From Nitrospirales bacterium (GTDB lineage Bacteria; Nitrospirota; Nitrospiria; Nitrospirales; UBA8639): a stretch of DNA of 64,000 nt. Below the pieces are notes generated by a model, which saw nothing but the letters and a program-made list of their open reading frames with translations, was not told the DNA's origin and searched no databases. A program made the position numbers and the translations under genes. The stretch is from assembly GCA_965203295.1 (NCBI GenBank), contig CBDBCZ010000016.1:1280001-1344000 (forward strand). The letters run 5' to 3'. Numbering within the stretch: position 1 is the first letter of the stretch; each line of letters opens with the position of its first letter. Below are positions 1 through 12,765 of this stretch, in pieces.

Positions 1-849
1 TTAGTTAGAATAATGCATGAAAATGTGCAAGTGTGAGAGCTCTGTTTGATTGTGGGAATCTTGTGGATTTGTGCAGCTTTACTCAGTCCCATCTACTTTC
101 AGGAATGTACCAAACTATAACTCACTACATGTATAATGAGTGTATTAAATCAGTCTGCTCACCCAGATCATGTAGTACTTGACCTCACACCAAAACAAAT
201 CCCAGTATGGGGCAAGTATGTGTGGACATACATGAAAAACACCCTACTGGCTATTACTCTACTCTCTGTATCTCCTAATCCCATGGCAGTCCCAAAATTA
301 AAATAATACCATCTCAACATGAAGATTTAGAGAACATTTGGAAAAAAATTAAAACAATTGAAGAATCCGTTTTTCAAGGGGGCAAAGGTCAAGTATATAA
401 ACCATGATCTTTGACCTCAACATAATCAAATTATCACTTGCAATATATCAGCTGAAAGGGTATCTACTAAGGTACAAGATGGTACAATTTTCATCTTGCA
501 CAGACAATCGTAGTAATAGTTATGGTCAATTATGTAGAGGCAGGTAGCCGAAAATTTGATGAAAAATTGAGTTTTTGGCTGGCTGTAACACAGAAGCCGT
601 ACAACATGTGAGGCTAATAATCACTGTGAATTAATAACTTCACATAGGGTACATATGTACCAAGTTTCGTGGAAATCTGAGGGGGTCGTCATTTTTTTGT
701 GTTGATTTGGCATGGAATTACCCATCTACAAGGTATTTTTTTGACTGTATGTATATATTGTCTTGATGTATGTATCACTGCAAAATTGAAAGGGTAGTTT
801 TTAAACCTTATCTCAGTTGCAGCTGCATTACCAAACTTGCAGCTTTACT

Positions 850-1125
850 GCAGGAAGCCAATAACAATGGGAATTCGAAAATGAATGCACTAACTAATTG
901 TTTATGGTATTTTGATAAGAGAAACTGAATCCTTGGAATAACTATAGGAGTGCTGCAGAATCTAATCCCTGTTACTAAATACCATAAACAATCAGTAAGT
1001 TCTTTCTTCTGTAAGGATCGAGACGAAAACTCAGCACTCCTATTATCATTTCAAGGATTCAGTTGCTCTGACCAAATATCGTAAAGAATTAGCATGTGTA
1101 TTCATTTCGAATACTGGCTTCCTGC
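850..1125. repeat. Degenerate fold-back (inverted repeat) element
   Basis: GCAGGAAGCCA...ACTGAATCCTTG...ATAGGAGTGCTG at 850-955 is mirrored by CAGCACTCCTAT...CAAGGATTCAGT...TGGCTTCCTGC at 1032-1125. Confidence 0.65.
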
Positions 1126-1577
1126 GGTAGGAGTTAGGCCTCAATAGTTACGTACTTACTTAACGTTTCATTAATTATCGTTTCTAAAGTCGTTTCATTA
1201 AAAGTCGTTTCTCAACAAACGAAGGAATTTACATCTATAGAGGTACACATAAATGGAATTAAAGACAAAACTCCTAAATTTTACCCTCGATATACTTTCA
1301 ATTAGCCTCATGTAAATGTTAATTACGCATATAATAAATGCTTAAACTTTGGGCACTCCCTCTAGGACAGTTATGACAATTGTGCATGGTTACCTTAATA
1401 GAAATAATATATACTTTTATGCAGATAAAATACTTCCAGGTTAATGAAATGTTAAATTTCATAAGGACGTAACTAATGAGGCATAACTCCTACCCACATA
1501 TACTCAGACATCTGCAATTTGGGCAACCAGCTAGTAGGCATAAGTGACTGGTCCTCAGTAATAATTTTGCAGGAACA

Positions 1578-3425
1578 ATGGTTTACTTCATTGTTGTAGC
1601 AGCAATTCTATACCTTCTAAGAAGTCTGGTGGTCGTGGAGTGTGATACTACCCAGTGTACCAGCAAGGAGAGCTGCAACTTTGGAATTACAACCAATCAA
1701 GTGTCCAGTGAAGTGGACAGTAACACCAGTTGCGAGAACACCTGGTTCCTTCCAGCCCCCGATGATGACCATACCTGTGAGTGTGGTAGTACTGTAGGGA
1801 GTAAAGTGAGATGCAACAATGCCACCAAGGAAGTGGATATTCTTGACTGCTACTGCATGACATACAGCGAGGACGACCACTCAACAGTGCTTGGAAAATG
1901 TGTGTATGGTTGTAGTCATAAATCAAGTTACCACTCTCTCCCGTCCAACATTTCTCAGCTGAATGAACAGGTTTGTGGATTTCTTAATCGTGAAGGTCAA
2001 TTGTGTGGTAGATGCAAAGACGGTTTCGCACCAGCAGTATACTCCTACAGTTTAAGTTCTGTAGAGTGCAAGGATTATCATTATAATTGGGTGAAGTACG
2101 CAGTGGTTTCATTATTACCCCTAACTGTGTTCTTTTTTGTTATCACACTTACTAGAATTAAACTACTTTCGGGTGCATGGTCTGGTTACATTTTGATCAG
2201 TCAAGTACTGTCAACACCTCTTCTCATGCGTGTATTTCAGCTACATCACAACACATTCCACTTCACTCAAGGTTTTCTTAGTATACCTTATGGTGTCTCA
2301 AATCTCGATTTTTTTCGTCTTTTATATCCACCTTTTTGCCTACATCCTCACATGTCCACCATCCAGGCTTTAGCATTGGACTACATTACAGCTGCTTATC
2401 CCCTGGTCCTATTTGTAATCACTTACTTTCTGGTTGTACTGTACGACAGCAATGTAAGGGTAATTGTGTGGCTATGGAAGCCCTTTCATTACTGCTCTGT
2501 TCGTTTTAGAAGAAACTGGAGTATTAAAAGTTCGTTAGTCGATTCCTTTGCTACCTTCATTATTTTATCCTACACGAAATTTTTGGATGTATCTATCAAT
2601 CTTTTGATTCCAGTTCGTCTTTTTAATATTCATGGGAAGTCAGTCGGTCTGTATCTTTTTTATGATGCCACAGTTAAGTATTTCAGCAAACAGCACCTTC
2701 CATATGCATTCCTGGTCCTTGGAGTATTCCTGACTTTTAATGTGTTCCCAGCCGTACTGTTGAGCTTTGTATCCCTGTCAATGTTTTCACAAATGCTTGA
2801 ACCGCTGCAGGCTTAGTAACTGTCAGGCACTGCATATATTCATGGCGCCTTTCAAGGTTGCTACAAGGATGGAACAAATGGTACAAAAGATTGTAGGTGG
2901 TATGCAGCAGTGCACTTGTGGGCTCGAATTGCATGTTTCATTGTCAGTGCAATATCTCTTTTAGGTTTATGGATACCTTTTGTAGCATTTGGATTTCTCA
3001 TTATGCTGATTTTAGTTACTGTTTTCCATCCCTACAAGTCTCCTGCTTTTAACACTGTTGAAACAATCTTATTTTTTGTAATGGTCTTTATACTTGTATC
3101 AGCCATGGCACATATTATATCGGATTATATAGTCCATCGCTACCAGAAAATGTTGGATGTATTTAGTAGCATTTTTGCGATTGTTCCATTCATATATGTA
3201 CTGGCAGTCTTGCTGTACAGGCTGCTATTCCATAGCCACTGTGTACAGAAAGTCTACCGAAAGTTCAAGACTTGCTTACTGTGCTACTGCAAAGATTTAA
3301 TTGCTAACGCAGACTCGCAAGAGTCACTGCCGGACAGAATAGCTTACGACCATCCAGAAGAAAACACAGCCCTACTACATGTGCCAGTGCAATCGAATAG
3401 CGAGTCTGACGCTACTTATTATTAA
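1578..3425 (+). pseudogene. Cys-rich multi-TM membrane protein, paralogue 1 (two compensating frameshifts with an intervening stop)
   Basis: ORFs 1578-2816, 2767-2964 and 2910-3425 together match the intact paralogue 36600-38453. Extra T at ~2766-2768 (gagcTTTgtatc vs gagcTTgtatc) and a missing A at ~2845 (atgg-cgcc vs atggAcgcc); TAG at 2814-2816 lies between them. Could be consensus error. Confidence 0.8.
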
Positions 3426-4039
3426 CTTGGACGGAGCCTGAAGAACAAGATAGCAATGTATACAGGAGCCATAAAGCTCGTTGCGATTGCATACTTGTTA
3501 GTGTATTCACATTTACTTTAGTTATTTGACTGTATGCATATTGTGTCGTCTTGATTGCTACATGTGCAGGCCATTTTCTGTTGCTGCTACTATTTAATGT
3601 AATTGAATGTAATAAAGTGTTCAGTGTGTCTGAGTACAAACTATGCAAAAACGACAACTACAAGTCCATTGTAACGTACCTCAGCCTGATTATTAACATG
3701 CATAAATATTTAAATCAACACTCATGCTGTGATTCCCTTACATAATACATAATCACATCTTTCTATAGCCAGTATAATACAAGCAGATCTGATATGCTGC
3801 CCCCTGTTTATAATGAGAACGCACTTCACTATAGTAAAAGGTGTAGTCTTTTCTCTATTGAGCATAGAAAGCAGAAAATGTGCATATACTAAATGGCTTA
3901 CAGCATGACAGCTCTAGCCTCTTCCCAGGCTCCACCCACAAGCTTTTCATAACACCGTGTATAAAAAAAAGAGTGTGACGGAAAGCTAGGGGAGTGGAGC
4001 CTGGGAACAAAACAAAGACAGCTCTATGTTCTATTATAT

Positions 4040-4092
4040 TAGCCTCGTTCCCAGGCTCTAAAGCTGGTCAGTAGAGCCTGGGAACGAGGCTA
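4040..4092. mobile_element. Short MITE-like hairpin element (TAGCCTCGTTCCCAGGCTC family)
   Basis: Perfect inverted ends TAGCCTCGTTCCCAGGCTCTA...TAGAGCCTGGGAACGAGGCTA; degenerate relatives at ~3914, 4178, 4931, 9672, 9858, 13932, 20592, 35788, 39067, 48707. Confidence 0.75.
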
Positions 4093-4570
4093 TCATATAA
4101 AGACTAAGCTATGCGTGGGCACACACAGTATCAGGGCAAAATTGTCATCTTAATCATTATCATTCATAAGTGTTTGTCTAGCCTCACTCCCGATCTCCAC
4201 AGGCTGCTCTACTTTGCATGTTGGGAAAAGGTGGCAGTGGAGACTGGGAACGAAGCTAGGAATAAACATCTAACCACAGTCATGTTTTTTTTAATTGCTG
4301 AGATGGTATGCATTAATGTTTACTACATGCATATTCAGTTTCTTTTGATTGGTGTTCAGTATGCCTGATGACAAACTATACATAAAAAGCCATTAGCTAT
4401 ACAGCAACGTTAACCACAATTGCACAGTAAATCCCTTCCTCAGTAGCTTGCCACTAACAATGAGCAGTTTCAACAATCATACTTCAGCCTAATTAACATG
4501 CCTAAGTACTGAGTCATTGCTCAGTGCTTTCCCTAGTCTCACATGCCAGGCCCCAGACAGGAGAACTGGA

Positions 4571-5390
4571 GACTAGTGTCACTGAAGAACTACCACTCTG
4601 CCCCTCACCTGGCACAGCTGCTGCTCAGGGTGGTATATCTTTGAGTGCTGGCTGTAGATAGATAGATGTGATTGGTATATGTATAGAGTCATAGTCTTGT
4701 GTGCCAGTATCTTAGGAAGACTGGCACTTGAAGTCCTGGGGTAATTAGTGGGGGACCAGGGAGTGGTATTTGACTGACCTCTTTCCCAGGCTTCCCCCAC
4801 GTGCACTCGCAAACTGTTCATCTTCACGAATGCAGGTTGGGGAGTGGGGGGAGCCTGGGAACGAGGTTAGCTACAACAATAATGTCTGTTTGCATGCCTA
4901 ATCCAAGCCACACTTAGTACAGGTGTTAACCTAGCCCCGCACCTGGGTACGAGGCTAATGTTGACCCTCTGGGTGCAGTACCCACTTTCATACGTCTTGT
5001 ATGTAGTCAGCAAATGTTTACACAACCCTACCATGGTATGCATAGCTAGTTAGGGCCTTTATTCCACCTACAATACCGGTATGCGGGTTTGAATCCAGCG
5101 CATGTCCAAATTCGTTTACACACTGAAGTTATTATTTGATTAGGGTGAATGACACATACACTCACTCAGGCTCGCCCCACAATGCCTTGCTTTTGACTAG
5201 TACATATTTAGTGATTAATAGTCTCATCAGTATGGCCCAAATTTTTTTAACGTATGCACTCACCTTTGTAATCTGCTCCACTCTATAGCCTTCTCTTCAA
5301 CAGACAATTGCAGTCAGTCGCATCGCTGCAGCAGGAATACAAATGTGTTGCACAGATCCAAAATCTCGCACAAGCACTGAGAGACCTGGA
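4571..5390. pseudogene. Degenerate TUBGCP4 exon 15 copy (~5264-5385, minus) and scrambled exon 16 fragments
   Basis: 5262-5400 aligns by eye to 40692-40830. 4571-4633 is exon-16 sequence (HSAPHLAQLLLRV) on the + strand, while 4708-4739 is exon-16 sequence in the usual orientation. Confidence 0.75.
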
Positions 5391-5924
5391 TGAGAAGGCA
5401 AAAAAAAATCTGATAGCTAGCTAAAGTGCATGCTTACACCATTTAAATTTTGTAGGGATGGTAATCCGTGAAAGTTCTGTGGTGTAGCTAATTCATATCT
5501 TGTTTGGTAAATTTTTTTGCGATTCCATCCCTACATGCTTTTTCATTTTATTAGCAATATTGTCAGTGAGTTGTTAGCCTCAGAAGTTCGGCACGTATGC
5601 ATATGTCTACGATCATTTGAAGGGCTGAGAACCAGAATGGTCTAACCCCTTCCCAAACTTGAGAACACTCTTAAAATGTGTTTCAGGAGCTGGTCAAGAT
5701 GAAATTTTTGGTCATATGTTCATAGCATTTTCCTTCATTTTTGTGCAATTTTCAGTACTTAATTTTGGGTTACACCACTATGGTTCTCAGCCCTTCATTT
5801 GTTCTTAGAATGTTCAGCTGTGAAGGAAACTCATGAATAATTCATATCAGTACACTACGTACAACTCATATACTCAATAATGAACTCCCACAACCTCATG
5901 CATACTACTGCATGCATGTGACGT

Positions 5925-7217
5925 ACAGTATAGCGAGAATATTTGGCGAACATTAAATTTGACGAAAAACATCGCGAATTTTAAATTTGGCGATGACGTA
6001 GCCTTCTAACAAGCTTATCTTACACGATCCAGCAGCTTGGAGACGGACGTAGATGCCTTTGTCGCTTCAGTGATTCTCAATGGCATATTTCCTAATCCGT
6101 CTCCCGTGCGTATGCAGCGGCGTTAAGGGATTGCTTCTGTCTGTCCACTAACTCGCAATTTAAAGGGTTAAGCGATTGTCAAACCCGACAGTAACATTGA
6201 AATCTAAAAAAGTCGATGTGTGTGTACCTGATAGGCCTGAGCTAATTATTCACGAATAAAATTTTTCAAATGTTGAATAATCAGTAAGAAAAGCGAAAAT
6301 TTGGTTTGCACACGCACTTTGAACATCTAGGCGTGACCTTTGAGCTGCACTGCGTGGGTCAGTGACTCAGTGCTGATGGAGGAGGAGGTTGTATCCCAGG
6401 ATCAGGTGATATCGTCACCCCCTGTACTTATCCTAGAGCCCCCAAATCCTCCTGTCTTGCGTGTAAACGTAAAGCAGATGTGTGTGTGTAAGGTTTTGCA
6501 TCGAACAACACCAACAAAAACTTCCTTCAAGTTGAATAACAGGTCATAATCATTTGAAAAATTGGGAGGATCACTTGAATAATAGGGAAGAAAATCAGGA
6601 AAAAAGAATTTGAATAATAGGCAAGTTTGAATGAACAATTAGCTCACCTAATACCTGGTATATTCTATTCTCAGCTCTCTTTTATTCAACACGGTAATTA
6701 ATACGGTCAGAAACTGGAATACGAAAGAGGGCGGGCATATGCGGTTTCAGAACACGGGTTCATACTGGAGTATACGTAGAGAGGCGTCCGTGTCATTATT
6801 ACGGCAATCGGTCCCGCCCATATACGTACGCAGCTTGAATGCGGCACGAGCACGCGGTAAACGAGCCTTGCAAGCATAGATACTATACTAACTATAGTTC
6901 AAGCTAGTCCACGAGGCCAGGCAAGTCTACAGTCCAAGGGTCCCATTTGTAAAAAAAAAAAATGTAGCGCGGGTATGTCTCTGCTAAAGACTTCTAGTTA
7001 CGACGTGTATCTTACTTGCTTCAAGGTCAGACACTCACACGCTTCGGGTTTAAGTCTCGAGATAGAATGCGCTTTACAACCTTGTTTGCCTCAGGTTCGA
7101 TGGAGCCTGAGGGGAATCGCCATACGATCGCGCGTGGGTGATTACATCACGCTTTATTATTGGCGAGGAATTTAATTTGGCCAATTAAAGTCCTCGCCAA
7201 TTTTTTCCGCTATACGG
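5925..7217. mobile_element. Non-autonomous TIR element (CAGTATAGCG...CGCTATACGG) with nested insertions; shorter homologue at ~36141-36520
   Basis: Imperfect inverted termini; internal sequence shared with 36141-36520; ~6760-7000 resembles ~60070-60245. Both copies end about 80-85 bp upstream of a paralogue ATG. Confidence 0.6.
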
Positions 7218-7302
7218 CTATGATTGTGCACAAACTGTAGCAAGAGTTATCAGTCTGAGTGATCAAACCTGGCTCTACTGCTCCTCAGTCTTTGCAGGCA
7301 TA

Positions 7303-9154
7303 ATGGACTTCGTTGTTGTAGCAGCAATTATTCTACACATTCTAAATAGTCAGGTAGCTGTGGAGTGTGATACTACCCAGTGTACCAGCAAGGAGAGCTG
7401 CAATGGAATGAAAACCAATCAAGTGTCCAGTGAAACAGAGAGTAACACCAGTTGCGTGAACACCTGGTTCTTTCCAGCCCCCGATGATGACCATACCTGT
7501 GAGTGTGGTAGTACCATAGGGAATAAAGTGAGATGCGACAATGCCACCAAGAAAGTGGATATTCTCGACTGCTACTGCATGACATACAGCGAGGACGACC
7601 ACTCAACAGTGATTGGAAAATGTGTGTATGGATGTTAGTCATAAATCAAGTTACCACTCTCTCCCGTCCAACATTTCTCAGCTGAATGAACAGGTTTGTG
7701 GATGGCTCAATCGTGATGGTCAATTGTGTGGCAGATGCAAAGATGGTTTTGGACCAGCAGTATATTCCTACAGTTTAAGTTGTGTAGAGTGCAAGGATTA
7801 TCATTATAATTGGGTGAAGTATGCAGTGGTTTCATTATTACCCCTAACTGTGTTCTTTTTTGTTATCACACTTACTAGGATTAAATTACTTTCGGGTGCA
7901 TGGTCTGGTTACATTTTGATCAGTCAAGTACTGTCAACACCTCTTCTCATGCGTGTATTTCAGCTACATCAGGATCACAACACATTCCACTTCACTCTAG
8001 GTATTCTTAGTGTACCCTATGGTGTCTCAAATCTCGATTTTTTTCGTCTTCTATACCCACCATTTTGCCTACATCCTCACATGTCCTCCGTCCAGGCTTT
8101 AGCATTGGACTACGTTGTGGGTGTTTATCCCCTGGCCCTAATTGTATTCACTTATTTTCTGGTTGTACTGTACGACAACAATGTAAGGATAATTAGGTGG
8201 TTATGGAAGCCCTTTCATTACTGCTCTGTTCGTTTTAGAAGGAACTGGAATATCAAAAGTTCGTTAGTTGATTCTTTTGCTACCTTCATTATTTTATCCT
8301 ACATGAAATTTTTGGATGTGTCTATCAATCTTATGATTCCAGTTCGTCTTTTTAATATTCATGGAAAGCCGGTCGGGCTGTATCTTTTTTATGATGCCAC
8401 AATGAAGTATTTCAGCAAACAGCACCTTCCATATGCATTCCTGGTCCTTGGAGTATTCTTGACTATTAATGTGTTCCCAGCCGTACTGTTGAGCTTGTAT
8501 CCCTGTCAATGTTTTCACAAATGCTTGAACCGCTGCAGGCTTAGTAACTGTCAGGCACTGCATATATTCATGGACGCCTTTCAAGGTTGCTACAAGGATG
8601 GAACAAATGGTACAAAAGATTGTAGGTGGTATGCAGCAGTGTACTTGTGGATTCGAATTGCATTATTCATTATGAGTGCAGTAGCTCTTTCAGATTTATG
8701 GATACCTTTTGTAGCATTTGGATTCCTCACTATGTTGATTCTAGTTACTGTATTCCATCCCTACAAGTCTGCTACTTTCAACACTGTTGAAACTATCTTA
8801 TTTTTTGTAATGGCTTTCATACTTGTATCAGCCATGGCACATGTTATATCGGATTATATAGTCCATCGCTACCAGAAAATGCTGGATGTAATCGGTAGCA
8901 TTTTCGCGATTGTTCCATTCATATATGTACTGGCAATCTTGCTGTACAGGCTGCTATTCCAAAGCCACCGTGTACAAACAGTCTACCGAAAGTTCAAGAC
9001 TTGGCTACTGTGCTACTGCAAAGTTTCAATTACTCACGCAGACTCACAAGAATCATTACCAGACAGAATAGCTTACGACCATCCAAAAGAGAACACAGCC
9101 CTATTACCTGTGCCAGTGCAATGGGACAACAATTCTGACGCTACTTCTTATTAA
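7303..9154 (+). pseudogene. Cys-rich multi-TM membrane protein, paralogue 2 (single +1 frameshift)
   Basis: ORFs 7303-7638 and 7613-9154 join into a full-length paralogue if one extra T at ~7635 (ggatgTTagtcat vs ggttgTagtcat) is removed. Confidence 0.8.
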
Positions 9155-10444
9155 CTTGGACAAATTCTGGAAGAACAAGATAACAATGTATAGGTAGCGC
9201 TTTAAAGCTTGTAATTGTATACTTGAATGAATGTTAGTGTATTTACATACACATTCAGTGATTGTATTAGTTATATGGTAATGTCTTGATTGCTACAATG
9301 AGTTATGCATAAACATATTATTTTCTGTTTCTGTTTTTGTAGTAGTGTTCAGTGTATCTGAGAACAAACTATGCAACCACAAGTGCATTGTAAACCCCCT
9401 CTGAACCTTAATGCATTCTTCAGCATGTAGCTTGCCACCAAGTAAGTTAACAATGATCTGCTTTAGCAATCTTATGTCATTAACTGCTATAATACGTACC
9501 GAAATCTGGTATGCTGCACTCAGTTTAAATAGTGAGAATCCACTCACTACACGTAGTATATATTACTATAGTAACAAGGTATAGTTCCATTGAGCTATAT
9601 AGTAAGAATCCAATAGAGCATAGGAAGCAGAAGATGTGCATATACTAAATGGCTCAGAGCATGGACAGCTCTAGCCTCCTTCCCAGGCTCCACCCACCAG
9701 CTTTTTATCACACCGTGTATAAAAAAGAGTGTGACAGAAAAATAGGGGGGGTGGAGCCTGGAAACAAAACAAGGACAGCTCTATGTTCTATAGGCGAAGC
9801 TATATGTGGTCACACAGTAGCAGGGCAAACATTACATTAATTTTACCAAAGTTTGTTTAGCCTCGTTCCCAGTCTCCACTGGCTGCTCTATTTTGCATGT
9901 TGGAAAATAGTGGCAGTGGAGCCAGGGAACAAGGCAAGGACAGCTATACGTTCTATAGACTAAGCTATATATCAGTACACACAGTAGCAGGGCAAAACCT
10001 ATTTTAACCATTATCATTTACCAATGTTTATATAGCCTTGTTCATTGGGAAAAGGTGGCAGTGGAGACTAGGAACGAGGTGAGGAATAAACAACTAACTA
10101 CAGTCATGTGTTTTCAATATGCTGTGCAGGTATGTGTTTATGCTTACTTCATGCGTACTCTTGATTAGTCTTCAGTACGCCTGATGACAAACAAATATGG
10201 CAACAACAACAACTACACTGTAACTCCCCTCTGAACCTTAAATGCATTACTCAGATGCTAGCCATAATTACAGCAATCCTATCTAACATGCCTATATAAG
10301 TACTGAGTCATTGCTCAGTGATTCCCCTGGTCTCGCATGCCAGGCCCCAGACAGGGACTGGCTCACGAGACTATGACTCTATATTATACCAATCACATCT
10401 CCCAGTTTATATAGTAAGAATCCACTCACTGGCAGCTTTCAGTT

Positions 10445-12765
10445 TTACGAAAAGGTATAACTATGTATATGGGGTCCCTTTAACATCATAGCAAGGGAGA
10501 CAAGAGGGTTCTGAGTACTGAAATACTTGTTGTAGTCCACCCTGAGCAGCAGCTGTGCCAGGTGAGGGGCAGAGTGGTGGTTCTTGACACTAGACACTAT
10601 CTTGAAGAAAAGAGAAGACTGACGCTTGAAGTCCTGTGTGCAGTGTGTGAGTACATGTGTTGGAATCACCGTATACACTGTTAAAATAGAAATGCCATAC
10701 TGACTAGTGGGTTGTTGTTTCAGTTTCAACATGCATGTGAATAACTGCAGCAACATCACTTTCCTCTGAGTCTTCCTTTACCGACCTCTACATGGTTTCA
10801 CCATAGCGATGCACTTTCATTACGTAGCAAATGCTTTCGCATTCTTGACCCAAAACAATAAATCTGTATCCATGGCATTCTTGACCCAAAACAATGAATC
10901 TGCATCCATGGCATTCTTGACCCAAAACAATGAATCTGTATCCATGGCATTCTTGACCCAAAACAATGAATCTGTATCCATGCGTGTGATGTATTGAAAC
11001 TCAAGGAGTATTCAGTAGTGATAGGGAATCTAAGACTGTGCATTTATTCAAGCCAAACTACTTCTGCAGCTTTTACTAGTTAGGCATATTATTAATCCTG
11101 TTTCGTTGCTTTAATTCTGCAGCTGTTTTACCAGCCAGGCATAATATTGCTTAGTGATAGTAATATACTCATGTTGCTGCCGTAGCGCTTACGCTATTGA
11201 CCACACACCCACATACGCAGGCGGAGCTTATAATATTGCTTAGTACTGTGAGGTCAATAATTGTGTACGATATAGGGTTCAGAATCTCAGCTACTGCATG
11301 TAATTTCTGTCCGTCACACTTTCCTAGCCAAGTGTGTTCAAAACGATGTCTCAGGCTGATACGTTAATGACATCTCTGACGCTGTGGCGCATAAACAGTT
11401 ATAGAGATCTGGACAAGTCTACTACATCTTTCTATCAAGTAAGGCATATTACAGCTTCCATGTTAGTAGAGTTTGTGTGGCCGCTCTGTAAACATACATA
11501 TGAGGGCTGAATACTGACAGCACAAATCAATCGATAAGTAGCTAAGTTTCGGGTAACATTGCATGCATGCAGTGCGCTATGGCCCCTTTATCAGCTCTCC
11601 TGTGGCAGCCATGGCTGATCCACTGAAATTTGTTGCAGACTAGCTAAGATGTTTACTAGTCTCCAGATCACCAGATGTTTATCTCAACTGTCATCTCGCA
11701 TGCATGCTGTGTACATCTATCAATCTACATAAGACATAGTGTGCTTGTATATACCCTTTTGGGGCTTCAATTCTGCTGTATTTTACAAGCAGGCACTACA
11801 AGTGCTACCTGTGCAATACATTAGCGTAACTGTCACCTATTTTACAGTTTCCAGCAAACTGAAAATAAAGTGACGGTTACAGCACTATATACAAATGTTG
11901 ACCAATTGAACAGAAACTCGAAGAAAGTTTAAACACCATATGATATAGAGTAAACATAAAGTCTTTCTCATTCCTCTTTTATACATGTATGTCCACTTCA
12001 ATGTGCATATAATTATGCATCTCTATCACTGCACACTGCAGTTACTGCATCGTTAGGCACATACACGTGCTCAAGTTTGCCCCATGATAATGCCCTGCGT
12101 TTGCCTATTACATACTCTATTGGTGAAGGGTCTTAACACATAAACACACACCTTTGCAATCTGTTCCACCCTAGCCTTCTCTTCAACAGACAATTGCAGT
12201 TTGTCGCATCGCTGCAGCAGGGATACAAATGCGTTGCACAAATCCAGAATCTCACGTAAGCACCGAGAGACCTGGATGAGAAGGCAAAAACCAAAACACA
12301 AGTCATCCCTTTACTAAATACCATAACACTACATGCCACACACCCACAAACCCAGGTGGATCTATTGATAATCACAATCAGTTGTTATGAAAAAGATTAC
12401 ATGTATATAATGCTAATCTCCATTCCATGTGTATTACATTACATAATACGTAACAAATTTTGGCCTCTAGCTTATACAACCAATCATCTTGATTGTCACA
12501 AACTGTGTTCGTAAACCTTGTGAAAGCTTAGCCTAGCTATACAGTAGTGCTTCAAGTCTAGAAACTTCAGCTACGTATCTGCAATGGGTTCAAGACATGC
12601 TTTGCGTGTCAGCTGACTGTGGTGACTTACAGCTGGAAGGAGGAGGAATAGCTGTGACTGAAGAGTGGTGACGAAGCTCTCGTGAGCGTGCTTGATGGTC
12701 TCAAAGTTGTGGGTGGAATTAATCTTCTCCTGTAGCTGGGAAAACTGAGTCTCCAACACGTCAAC
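10445..12765 (-). pseudogene. Orphan duplicate of TUBGCP4 exons 14-16 (12765-12631, 12271-12152, 10633-10445)
   Basis: Same peptides and splice sites as the true terminal exons; no exons 1-13 upstream; the original stop is lost and the frame extends to ...MMLKGPHIHSYTFS. Confidence 0.85.
10839..10982. repeat. 36-bp minisatellite, 4 copies
   Basis: GCATTCTTGACCCAAAACAATGAATCTGTATCCATG x4; two copies at ~17567-17638 and one at ~33115-33149. Confidence 0.9.

Noticed and set aside
1617..1926. Short antisense ORFs recurring over each receptor paralogue
   Set aside because: They are shadow frames conserved only because the sense genes are duplicated.
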